From: a virus
Virus record (IMG/VR): IMGVR_UViG_3300023110_001595
Span: 1 to 64,000 of that record
Strand: one strand, 5' to 3'
DNA: 64,000 nt
Part shown: one piece after another, positions 38,247-47,118 of the stretch
Position numbering within the stretch: position 1 is the stretch's first letter
How the letters are laid out: each line of letters begins with the position of its first letter
Translations under genes and position numbers: made by a program
Notes under the pieces: generated by a model
What the model was told of the DNA's origin: nothing
The model's database searches: none
Seen by the model: the letters and a program-made list of their open reading frames with translations, nothing else

Positions 38247-39273
38247 TTTTCATAAACCTTTTGTACTGTGTCAAATCTAGTTCACCTTCATATAAAACAT
38301 TAGACATTGGTGTTTTTTTGCTAAATTCTTCTAACGTTTTGCTGCAATTAACGTGTTCTTTAATTTCAAAATAATTATTATTTTGTAATACTATTAGTTG
38401 ACCTGGAATAATTTTACTATACCAATCTTGAAAATCTTCAATATGTTCAGTGCTGGTATTTATAATTGTATTAGGATAACTCCATAGAGTTTCAATGGTA
38501 CCGTTATTTTTTTCTACGTCATATATGTGTTCGTCAAATCGTAGTTCATGTATGTCTTGTGTACAGGATTTAAATTTCCATTCGTTTATAATCCAAGGTT
38601 TGTTAAAAATATTTGAAATTTGTAAAGTACTTGGGTCTATATCGAAACTTATAATTTCATCTACATTAATGTCAGATTCAAAAATCATAGTAGCTAATGT
38701 TGCATACCATCCTGCACATAAAAATACAACACCTAAATCTCTGTTAATTTCTTTTAATTTTTCAACTAGCCATTGTTTACTTTTTATTTGTCCTCTGCTG
38801 AGGCAATCTTTATCAAATTCAATATTATTTGTTATTAGATCTTTTAGAGCTTTTACAAAATGACTATCTGTATGTTTTTCTAGTATCCTAAACATACTCC
38901 ACATATTGTCATCTAATATTAGTTTTTTTAAATCTTCGTCGCCAATCATTCTAAAAATACTGTGTATATTATTTTCGGTTACTGATTTTCTTAAATCTTC
39001 GTTTCCTGGTAGTAATCTAAATAAACTGTGTAAATTATTTTCTAAAACTGCTTTACGCAAATCTTCCAAATCGCCTATGCATCTTTTGTTTTCAACAATT
39101 CTAAAAATACTATGTATATTATTTTCTAAAACAGCTTTACGTAATTCTTCATTGTCACTTAATTTCAGAATGCTATGCAAATCTTCATCAACATATGATC
39201 TACGTAATAATTCGAAATTTGTATCGTTTTTATTTAATATTTCAAATCTATCTAGTACTTCAAATATTTCCAT
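38233..39273 (-). CDS. class I SAM-dependent methyltransferase-like protein with N-terminal helical repeats
   Basis: SKQWL, AGWYA, SFDIDP and INTSTEH, plus EDLRKAVLENNxHSIFR repeats. Confidence 0.7.
   Translation of the reverse strand: MEIFEVLDRFEILNKNDTNFELLRRSYVDEDLHSILKLSDNEELRKAVLENNIHSIFRIVENKRCIGDLEDLRKAVLENNLHSLFRLLPGNEDLRKSVTENNIHSIFRMIGDEDLKKLILDDNMWSMFRILEKHTDSHFVKALKDLITNNIEFDKDCLSRGQIKSKQWLVEKLKEINRDLGVVFLCAGWYATLATMIFESDINVDEIISFDIDPSTLQISNIFNKPWIINEWKFKSCTQDIHELRFDEHIYDVEKNNGTIETLWSYPNTIINTSTEHIEDFQDWYSKIIPGQLIVLQNNNYFEIKEHVNCSKTLEEFSKKTPMSNVLYEGELDLTQYKRFMKIGYK
38880..39190 (-). repeat. about 4-5 imperfect ~21-aa coding repeats (EDLRKxVxENNxHSxFR)
   Basis: Visible in both the protein and the DNA (attctaaaaatact..gtatattattttc recurs). 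Confidence 0.75.
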
Positions 39274-40294
39274 CAAATTTTTCCTTAAGCCAATCAAAGT
39301 CATTAATTAAACGTAATTCATCTGGTTTGTTTTTGTTTCTTGCGCCATATGATGCACCTGCTTTTGCTCCAATAAGAGCATATTCTCCAAATTTAGGATC
39401 ACCTTCAATATATGTACACCAAGTTCTTAAACGTTCATTTGTTTCTTGGCTTTTTTGCCTATCAATTACTTTACTACTTAGTTTACAACATTCTCTAAAA
39501 GCACTCTTCCACGTATTAAAAGGATCTGTGTTAAAGGCTGTAACGTTAGATATTTTATTCATTGCTACAAATTTATCACTAACACTTGTTGTCATATCTG
39601 GTTTACTTACATCCATAACAAGAGTTTTTTCTGTTGGAAAAAGTTTCACTCCGCCATATCCATATACTAGTCCATTAACTGGATTCATACTGCGCCATAC
39701 GTGTACGGCTTGCTTATTGTGATGTTCTGGAATATAATCAAAAGAAAATTCGTCTGTTAGTTGTGCATCACCATCTATGATCCAAAACATATCAGTTTCA
39801 CACAAACTTGCAGCAGCAATATGAGCTTGATGTATTCCTTTGACACCGTGTATACGTTTTACATCTGGAAAACGTGCTAAAACACGTTCATAATTTTCAT
39901 CAGCATTAGGTTCATTGTAACTTATAAAAACTTTATCAAAATTTGAGATAACAGGTTTACTTGCTTGAATAGGTACGAATTTTTTGTTTATATAAAATCT
40001 TGCTTTTAATTCACCAGGTCCATGATGACTGTTTTTTGGCATTAAACACACACCGTCATAAAAGTCACCATTCTTAAATACGTGAGTATATGTGTTGTTA
40101 TATTCATCAACTGTATAATTAAAATCAAAGTCTTCGTCAACCACAAGGTTATCATAAACAATCCAAAGCATTTTTGTAAGACTTTTACGTTTTGCTTGTG
40201 GAACATTTTCAGCATATTTTGCTGTGGGAAATCTAGTTTTTAGTTTTGTGAATTGTAACTCAGACGGATTGCCAATATAAAAAATATCATACAT
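39260..40294 (-). CDS. glycosyltransferase-like protein (GT-A, DGD)
   Basis: SYNEPNA, GVKGIHQAH, WIIDGD, YGYGGVK and AFREC. Confidence 0.6.
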   Translation of the reverse strand: MYDIFYIGNPSELQFTKLKTRFPTAKYAENVPQAKRKSLTKMLWIVYDNLVVDEDFDFNYTVDEYNNTYTHVFKNGDFYDGVCLMPKNSHHGPGELKARFYINKKFVPIQASKPVISNFDKVFISYNEPNADENYERVLARFPDVKRIHGVKGIHQAHIAAASLCETDMFWIIDGDAQLTDEFSFDYIPEHHNKQAVHVWRSMNPVNGLVYGYGGVKLFPTEKTLVMDVSKPDMTTSVSDKFVAMNKISNVTAFNTDPFNTWKSAFRECCKLSSKVIDRQKSQETNERLRTWCTYIEGDPKFGEYALIGAKAGASYGARNKNKPDELRLINDFDWLKEKFDGNI

Positions 40295-40300
40295 ACAGTA

Positions 40301-40329
40301 ATTATATGAGATTTGTATTCTAATGTCAA
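40301..40329 (-). promoter_or_regulatory. consensus sigma70 promoter TTGACA-17-TATAAT, probably leaderless
   Basis: Only 6 nt separate the -10 box from the ATG at 40294. Confidence 0.75.
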
Positions 40330-40341
40330 TATTAGATTTTA

Positions 40342-40349
40342 GATAAATA
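40342..40349 (+). promoter_or_regulatory. putative late promoter GATAAATA
   Basis: Upstream of a fibre-like gene with a GGAGG RBS. Confidence 0.55.
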
Positions 40350-40366
40350 TTAGGACGGAGGACGTT

Positions 40367-41824
40367 ATGGCAGATTTTATACCAGGTGAAGCATATAGAT
40401 TAGATATCGTTGGAGCAGACGAATCAGTAATTGTAGATAGTTGGCAAGGACAAGTAAAAGCAGATGTTGTATCATCAAATGGATTGATACAAGTTGATGT
40501 TTCAACAGGTAAACTTTATGGACCAATGGTCGGTAATATAGAAGATACCGAAGGTAATGTAGTTTTCAATTTATCAGCACAAGTTTTAAAATCCGATCTA
40601 GAAGGTAGCGTGTATGATACAAGCGGTCAAATCAAACTTATCGACGGTATGACTGCTAGAGTTATAGCACCTGTTTATGGTAATGTTGTTGACAGCGAAG
40701 GTACAACTATTGTTGATACTGCAAATAAAACTATAACTGCAACTACGTTTACTGGCGATTTTTACGGAGATTTGCACGGTAACATTACAAGTGACAGTGT
40801 TATATATGGTACATTTAGCGGCGACTTCAACGGTAACGCTTACGGTGAGTTTTTTGGCGACTTAGTTGGAGAGCACACGGGCGATGTTATTGGAGATTTA
40901 ACTGGTAACGTTACCGGTAATGTAACAGGTAATGTAAATGGACATTTACTTGGTGCTAATTTGAATACAGCAGAAGGTGAACCTCCTGAAGTAAAAATAA
41001 CAAATTTAAACAACACAATCGAACATCCACAATATAGCTTTTACGGCGGCTTAGAACATCATATTGATCCTGATCCAGGTGCTGTTGCAAACGGTCCTAT
41101 TGTTTATCTAGGTGATACTAGAGCAGATACTGCACTACGTGCTCATGTACATCATTATAACGGACAAGAGATTATCAAGTTACATGATCCGGTTGATCCT
41201 ACCAGCGAAACAGCACCTGCTACTATTAGAGGACATTTTGATGGAAACTTTATATACAGTGACGTAAATGGTGCACAGGATGCATTAACTGTTAGTGAAC
41301 AAGGCACTGTGTTACACGCTGTAAACGGTGTTGTAACAATTGGTGGCTATATTACAGATGCAATAGATTGCGATATAAATATTTTCTCAGATGCAATCAC
41401 AGTGGAAACAAGTGCCGATGAAGAATTTTTAAATGTCAAAAACTACAATGGTACAGTAAATGCAAAAACTGCTATAGGAACAGATAATCCACTTGCAATT
41501 ATTTCAGGTGAAGGTTACAATGGAACAAACTTTGTAACTGGTGGCTTGTTTGGTATCTATGCAGATGCAGCACCAACTGATACTCATGTAGAAAGTAAAT
41601 TTGTTGTTAGCTTACCGAAAGGAAACGACAATCACAGTCAAACAAATCCAAGACGTTTGAGCTTTGACGGTGACGGTGTATTGACAGTGCCTGTATTTAA
41701 AGCAAGAGGCACTACTTTTGCAGACAGAGATTCAATGACAGCAGAAGCTGGCATGATTATTTTTAATCAAAATACAAATAAATTCCAAGGCTACACAGGT
41801 AGTTCTTGGGTTGACTTACACTAA
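40367..41824 (+). CDS. virion fibre-like structural protein with Gxxx repeats
   Basis: GDLTGNVTGNVTGNVNG tract. The C-terminus DRDSMTAEAGMIIFN..FQGY..W resembles that of 9185..10291. Confidence 0.7.
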   Translation: MADFIPGEAYRLDIVGADESVIVDSWQGQVKADVVSSNGLIQVDVSTGKLYGPMVGNIEDTEGNVVFNLSAQVLKSDLEGSVYDTSGQIKLIDGMTARVIAPVYGNVVDSEGTTIVDTANKTITATTFTGDFYGDLHGNITSDSVIYGTFSGDFNGNAYGEFFGDLVGEHTGDVIGDLTGNVTGNVTGNVNGHLLGANLNTAEGEPPEVKITNLNNTIEHPQYSFYGGLEHHIDPDPGAVANGPIVYLGDTRADTALRAHVHHYNGQEIIKLHDPVDPTSETAPATIRGHFDGNFIYSDVNGAQDALTVSEQGTVLHAVNGVVTIGGYITDAIDCDINIFSDAITVETSADEEFLNVKNYNGTVNAKTAIGTDNPLAIISGEGYNGTNFVTGGLFGIYADAAPTDTHVESKFVVSLPKGNDNHSQTNPRRLSFDGDGVLTVPVFKARGTTFADRDSMTAEAGMIIFNQNTNKFQGYTGSSWVDLH

Positions 41825-41838
41825 ATTTATGTTATAAT
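41811..41838 (+). promoter_or_regulatory. sigma70-type promoter TTGACT-16-TATAAT with extended -10 TG
   Basis: Upstream of the adenylation enzyme gene. Confidence 0.6.
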
Positions 41839-41868
41839 AAAAACTAAAGATTCGGAGGTGTTTTCAGA

Positions 41869-42858
41869 ATGATCTATATTGATGGAATAGAATATCTAGA
41901 AAGTGATAACGATCACGTAAGATCCGCAGTTATTAACTATCTTGAAAACTGGAATATTACAGTAACTACCAGCGGTACAACTGGTAATCCAAAAACATAT
42001 CAACACAGTGCAGAACTAATGCGCAAAGTTGCAGAATACAATGCAGAATATTTTATGCTTGATTCAAACAGTAGTATGATGGCATTATACAATCCTAGAG
42101 GCATTGGTTTTACAAGTATGAGTTTGTATCCTTGTCATGTTGCAAACTGTGATACATTTATTGAGACAACAGTTGCAAATCTACCAGATAGAATACGTGA
42201 AGTGCAGCCAACAAATATGTTGATACTTCCTAATGTTTGGAAAACTTGGCATAGACACAAAAAGTGGCAAAACTTGGATTTGAGCTGTATGAAGCAGATG
42301 CAAGTAGGCAGTGATATTACACCTACAGGACTTATGGAAGATTTGCGTTCAAAAGGTGCGCAACAGGTTAACACAGGTTACGGCAGCACAGAAGTACCTC
42401 CTATCATTATGAGTACAGAACGCCAAGACGTATATAAGTTAACCGATATTAATCCTAACATCGAATACAAGTTTGAGAAACACGATGATGGCACAACTGA
42501 GTTTTGTTGTAAGTACAAAAATCAAACAGAATGGTGGAACAGTGGCGACCTAGTAGAGTTTACAGACACAGATGAGTTTGCACTATCGGGACGTAGATTT
42601 AATGCATTCAAAATGGAAAACTGTGGTGACAGAGTTTATCCAGAACAAATCGAAAAAGTTGCTATTGAAAATGGTGCAAGTTTAGCACTATGTAGAAAAG
42701 TTGCACACGAATGTGTTGTGTATTACACAGGTGATTTGGATATTACTAAGTTTACAAAACAACATAAGTGCGCATACGAAATCACAGCAAAAAAAGTAGA
42801 CGAAATCAAAGTAGACGATAATCTGCGTAAGATTGATAGGACACAAGTTTTTGTATAG
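41869..42858 (+). CDS. compact AMP-binding (acyl-CoA ligase-like) adenylation enzyme
   Basis: TTSGTTGNPK, GYGSTE, SGD, GR and VYPEQIE. Confidence 0.85.
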   Translation: MIYIDGIEYLESDNDHVRSAVINYLENWNITVTTSGTTGNPKTYQHSAELMRKVAEYNAEYFMLDSNSSMMALYNPRGIGFTSMSLYPCHVANCDTFIETTVANLPDRIREVQPTNMLILPNVWKTWHRHKKWQNLDLSCMKQMQVGSDITPTGLMEDLRSKGAQQVNTGYGSTEVPPIIMSTERQDVYKLTDINPNIEYKFEKHDDGTTEFCCKYKNQTEWWNSGDLVEFTDTDEFALSGRRFNAFKMENCGDRVYPEQIEKVAIENGASLALCRKVAHECVVYYTGDLDITKFTKQHKCAYEITAKKVDEIKVDDNLRKIDRTQVFV

Positions 42859-43465
42859 ACTAGAAGTTTACGACGGTACACAGGATTTAGAAGATTGGTA
42901 CGAAGGTGCTGCTGCTAGAGGCTTTTACAACAACCATAACAAAACAGTGCTTATTGATTATATTGATAAGCACGAAGATGCTACACTAATACTTTTATAT
43001 TATAAAGACAGAGTAATAGGCACAACAATCACACACAGTTTGCGTCAACTAGGAATATTAGGTAAAGATGCACATCGTATTGCTGCACGTACAGCATTGC
43101 TTATTGAACGTGTGGATGACATACGTGGACACAAAGTACACAACAATGATCGCAGCCCAATGAATCATCACACAAGTCAAATGCTAACACCTGCTTGTTT
43201 TTATTACTTAGGGCTAGACAAGCCTATGTATGTAAGCACAAACAACTTAGAGACAGCAAGCCAACGTAAAGTGCATAGAACTTGGGCAAAGATTATGCAT
43301 AGACACAAATATCTTAAAGATCCTTTTGAACTAGAGTACAAAGGTGCATTTCAAACATTTTGGAAAGTAGATGTTGAACACTGGTTAAATGATTTGTCTA
43401 AAGTGCAATGGCCCGAATCAAAACAAGTGCTAGACGTATTTGCTGCACAACTCAAAAAAGTCTGA
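42833..43465 (+). CDS. hypothetical protein, possible GNAT-fold acyltransferase
   Basis: Coupled to the adenylation gene, with a loosely GNAT-like beta-strand pattern (LILLYYKDRVIGT..RIAART..YVSTN). Confidence 0.4.
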   Translation: MIGHKFLYRLEVYDGTQDLEDWYEGAAARGFYNNHNKTVLIDYIDKHEDATLILLYYKDRVIGTTITHSLRQLGILGKDAHRIAARTALLIERVDDIRGHKVHNNDRSPMNHHTSQMLTPACFYYLGLDKPMYVSTNNLETASQRKVHRTWAKIMHRHKYLKDPFELEYKGAFQTFWKVDVEHWLNDLSKVQWPESKQVLDVFAAQLKKV

Positions 43466-44803
43466 CATTTCTGGAAACACTTGTTTGTGATCAACTCCAC
43501 GTCTGCGTCCTTGTTCTTTAAAGAAGTTGTGGAAATCTCTACGTCCTTGTATAACTTTTTCTAACGGATATTCTGTTGTATCCATGTAATCAACAACACG
43601 TCTAAACTTTTCATATTCTATAGTGCTAAATGCATCTTTGCGATTGTCATCTACATTTTCTTTTATAAACTGCAAATGGTCACGCATATAAGTCATATAG
43701 TTGTTTGGCAGTATATTAATATCATATTGTAGAGGCTCTTTAAGATGTGGTGTATCAAAACCCAAACGTTGCCATCTGTGTGTTTCTACATCATTATACT
43801 TGGCACGCCATTCTAATATTTTTTCTAGTAGTGTGCGGAATGTTGTTACACTGAATATGTTAAACGTAATCATCAACACCATAGGTGCTTCACAGTTACG
43901 CATAAAATAATCCAAGTTGCGTTCAAAAACTTCGATGTCTAATCCGTCACGTATGTATTCTGCACGTTTACCCCAAGTGTCAATACTTGTAAACATTTTA
44001 AAGCGTCTAATCTTGTTGTTTGTTAACAGGTCATTTACACGGTTTGTAAACTTTTCTAACTGCTTTGGTTTGCCACCTAAGTTGCTGTTACAGTTTAATT
44101 CAAGTTCTGGCTTAGGGTCTGCGTCCAACATATCAAACAGTTTATATGTGCTTTTTTGTATTGTAGGCTCACCACCTGTAATACGCAATATGTGTAACTC
44201 TTTACTTAATTCTGGCCACCAGCGCCAAAATGCATCTAAATACGGATTGTTTTCTTCTTCAAATATTTGAAACCAATCAATGTCGCATCTATGGTTTTTT
44301 ACGTTTGTATATGGGCCATGTTGTTTGATTTCTTGATAATATCTACTGCTGGCTTTTGGATGACAGTATCCACAACGGAAGTTACACTCATTACCAAAAC
44401 TAACTTCTAAGTATTCTGGATTTACATCAAACTCTGCACCACCTTCTTTTACAGCGTTTAGTCTATGTTTAAAGAAGATAGTTTGATTACGCTGTTTTCT
44501 ATCACTTACGTAATCTTTGCCAAGTGCTTCAATCTTCCAACAATAGTTACAACCAGTAGGTTGTTCGCCACGCATCATTGCAGCACGTTCTTGCTTCTTT
44601 TGCGCTGTGTTGTGTATTGCACTTGGATTTTCTAACAACGGTGCTGTGTCAATCTTATGAGGAGCAGGATGATAACAACTGTGTGTTTCACCTGTTTGGA
44701 AATATATATTGGCATGATACCATTTAGCAAAACAAAACGTTGGTGATATTTCTTGTGTTATACCATCAATGCGTTTAATTTCTTCGCTTTCGCTACGCTC
44801 CAT
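43430..44803 (-). CDS. N-terminal twitch-domain radical SAM
   Basis: FCFAKW..SCYH..CNYC followed by CNFRCGYC and GGEPT. Confidence 0.9.
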   Translation of the reverse strand: MERSESEEIKRIDGITQEISPTFCFAKWYHANIYFQTGETHSCYHPAPHKIDTAPLLENPSAIHNTAQKKQERAAMMRGEQPTGCNYCWKIEALGKDYVSDRKQRNQTIFFKHRLNAVKEGGAEFDVNPEYLEVSFGNECNFRCGYCHPKASSRYYQEIKQHGPYTNVKNHRCDIDWFQIFEEENNPYLDAFWRWWPELSKELHILRITGGEPTIQKSTYKLFDMLDADPKPELELNCNSNLGGKPKQLEKFTNRVNDLLTNNKIRRFKMFTSIDTWGKRAEYIRDGLDIEVFERNLDYFMRNCEAPMVLMITFNIFSVTTFRTLLEKILEWRAKYNDVETHRWQRLGFDTPHLKEPLQYDINILPNNYMTYMRDHLQFIKENVDDNRKDAFSTIEYEKFRRVVDYMDTTEYPLEKVIQGRRDFHNFFKEQGRRRGVDHKQVFPEMSDFFELCSKYV

Positions 44804-45732
44804 TATTGTTCTCTATCTAAAAATTTTCTACTGTTGTCTCTTACAGGATTTTGGTATACATTTTTAAAGAACATACTTTGTTGTGCGTTTAAAGGATCTT
44901 CAGCAATGGGTATATTTAATTCTTCAATTAATTTTTCGCCTAAATAATTAGTATCCAATTCCATGCTTTCTTCATCAAATTCACCTTTTTGATCCCAATA
45001 TTCATTAAGCCATTCAAAATCACGTACATTAACATAATCCCAATCTGTACACATAGTTTTGTACAAACCTTCTCTAGCACCGTATATAGCCCAACGTCCG
45101 TTTTCAACGTCTGCACCTACCATTAACCAAATATACAATCGGTGTAAGTTTTTCCAGTGATTACGTTTAAATCCTTCATAGTCAGGACGAACACCTTGAT
45201 CTAATGCCATTTTAACGCCTTCACGGAAACCAGCACGCCACGCCTGATGAGGTGTAGCATTGTTATATATCATACTATATGTTCCGTTCATTTGTACATA
45301 TTCAGTATCCCAACAAAAATCTACCTGTGCGTGTGGATTATCTTTTGGAGCATTTTCGTGTGTGCGCATATTTAAAACATGACTCTTAGGCCAACATTTA
45401 ATTCCGCCGTTTCCATACGCTAATCCGTTGATTATATTTTCAGCAGTCCAACTAATAACCTTATTAGTTAAATCAGTATCTTCATCAAAGTTTATAACCT
45501 GTGACAAAAAATCATCTCTAATTCTATTATCACCATCTACGGTAATAAATCTATCTGTTGTAGATTTTTCAGCAGCAGCTTTGTGTGCGCTATCACTACC
45601 TTTTACACCATGTACTCGTTCGGCCCAAGGAACCTTACTACATAAGTCTGCAAAATTTTGTTCTGCATTTGGTTCGTCATATGACAAGTATATAATATCG
45701 TAATCAACAACTCTGAATGTGCTAGGCATCAA
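44803..45732 (-). CDS. glycosyltransferase-like protein (paralog of 39260..40294)
   Basis: SYDEPNA, GVKGSDSAH, TVDGD, YGNGGIK and GFREG. Confidence 0.6.
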   Translation of the reverse strand: MMPSTFRVVDYDIIYLSYDEPNAEQNFADLCSKVPWAERVHGVKGSDSAHKAAAEKSTTDRFITVDGDNRIRDDFLSQVINFDEDTDLTNKVISWTAENIINGLAYGNGGIKCWPKSHVLNMRTHENAPKDNPHAQVDFCWDTEYVQMNGTYSMIYNNATPHQAWRAGFREGVKMALDQGVRPDYEGFKRNHWKNLHRLYIWLMVGADVENGRWAIYGAREGLYKTMCTDWDYVNVRDFEWLNEYWDQKGEFDEESMELDTNYLGEKLIEELNIPIAEDPLNAQQSMFFKNVYQNPVRDNSRKFLDREQ

Positions 45733-46270
45733 CTTCCTCTAGATAGTAAGAATCAAATCTACGTGTAGTATACACAGAAAACGGTGTTCCGTCAAATTCA
45801 AAATCTTCTGAAAATGGCACAAAATTTCCATCTGTAAATTTTATAAGTCTATATAATACATTTGGATCATTCTTTTTTGTAATGCTAAAATAATACTTTG
45901 AAAGATCTATGTTAATATTTTGATCTAACAATTCTGATTCAAATTTATCATCTAACATTATATGCCAACTTTTGTTTTTATTATTTTTAGTTAGAATTAC
46001 TTGTTTCTCTTTCGGAATAGCAGTGGGTATTTCATATAGAAAACTCCACATTAATTTATCCTCGTCTATTTGCTTTGTATTTTTTATACTGTATTTTTTC
46101 TCGATAAAATCAAATTCTACTTTGTGTTCAAGAAGACTTAATTTTCCTGTAATAAAATCTTCAACTTCTTCTATATCAACTTCTAAAAATTGAAATCTTT
46201 TGTCAGGCTGGTTGCTTATTTTGTAAATTGTTCCATCGTCTTCAAAACATACAAATCTTTTTACATTCAT
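45722..46270 (-). CDS. hypothetical protein
   Basis: 182-aa coupled ORF. Confidence 0.65.
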   Translation of the reverse strand: MNVKRFVCFEDDGTIYKISNQPDKRFQFLEVDIEEVEDFITGKLSLLEHKVEFDFIEKKYSIKNTKQIDEDKLMWSFLYEIPTAIPKEKQVILTKNNKNKSWHIMLDDKFESELLDQNINIDLSKYYFSITKKNDPNVLYRLIKFTDGNFVPFSEDFEFDGTPFSVYTTRRFDSYYLEEVDA

Positions 46271-47118
46271 ATTCCTAAGACCTTTTCATATTTTTTAATT
46301 ATGTCATTAGTAACAAAATCTTTTTCGGTGTAATGAAAGATTCCATTTTGTTGATAATTTCCAATTTTCAATTTTAGATCGTCGTCTAAATATACACCTA
46401 CTCTGTCTTGCCATCTAACTGAAAAATTATCGTTCCAATTTTGACATTTTGGTTTCATATGCACAAAACTAGGATATTCACTTTTATTATTTGTAATCAA
46501 ATGCGTATTATCTAGTAATAAACTTGCTATAGATGCTGTTAAATCCATACTTGGATTGTTTAAATGTTTTAGCTTGTTATTTACTGTTTTATAAATTGAT
46601 TGCCAATTATTTGTTATTAATTCAAGCCAGTCATTAAACTCGTGTGCTAAATCTGATTTTTTAAAATAATGAAAACCACTGTATAAACTTGGAATATTGT
46701 TTAGGTAAAAATGGTTGTATCTATAATAGTTTTTATCAGGAATCACTTCTCCTCTATATGTTGTAACTTTGCTAGTATAAAATAAATCGTAATTTTCTAA
46801 ATAATCAAACCAAAAAGAAATGTCATCTAATACCAGCATATCTGTATCTATCACTGCTGTGTTTTCATATGGTATAGCGTGATAAATTTTCCATCTATTA
46901 CTAACTTTCCAATCTTCGTTTTCAGCGTGATCGCCCCAAGGAATTTCCACTATATGATCAAACACCTGCTTGTATTTTCGTGGCACTGGATCATTTGTAA
47001 TTAAGCATACACTGCTATTTTCATTTGTAACTTTAATACTCATTGCAGCTAAGTATGCTTGACGCACGTAGTCAAAATTACTGTTTTGGGCAAGCATAGT
47101 AAAATTATTGGTTGTCAA
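46267..47118 (-). CDS. GT8-like (GT-A) glycosyltransferase
   Basis: AAMSIK, PYENTAVIDTD (DxD), SGFHYFKKS and H.KP. Confidence 0.65.
   Translation of the reverse strand: MTTNNFTMLAQNSNFDYVRQAYLAAMSIKVTNENSSVCLITNDPVPRKYKQVFDHIVEIPWGDHAENEDWKVSNRWKIYHAIPYENTAVIDTDMLVLDDISFWFDYLENYDLFYTSKVTTYRGEVIPDKNYYRYNHFYLNNIPSLYSGFHYFKKSDLAHEFNDWLELITNNWQSIYKTVNNKLKHLNNPSMDLTASIASLLLDNTHLITNNKSEYPSFVHMKPKCQNWNDNFSVRWQDRVGVYLDDDLKLKIGNYQQNGIFHYTEKDFVTNDIIKKYEKVLGI

Noticed and set aside
40900-40945. 12-bp DNA tandem repeat as a contingency locus
   Set aside because: The copies differ at synonymous positions, so the repeat is maintained at protein level (GNVT).
18025-44803. Classical RiPP cluster
   Set aside because: No convincing precursor peptide, RRE/PqqD domain or exporter was found, and the GT and lipid enzymes point elsewhere. 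Not fully excluded, since the substrate could lie outside the window.
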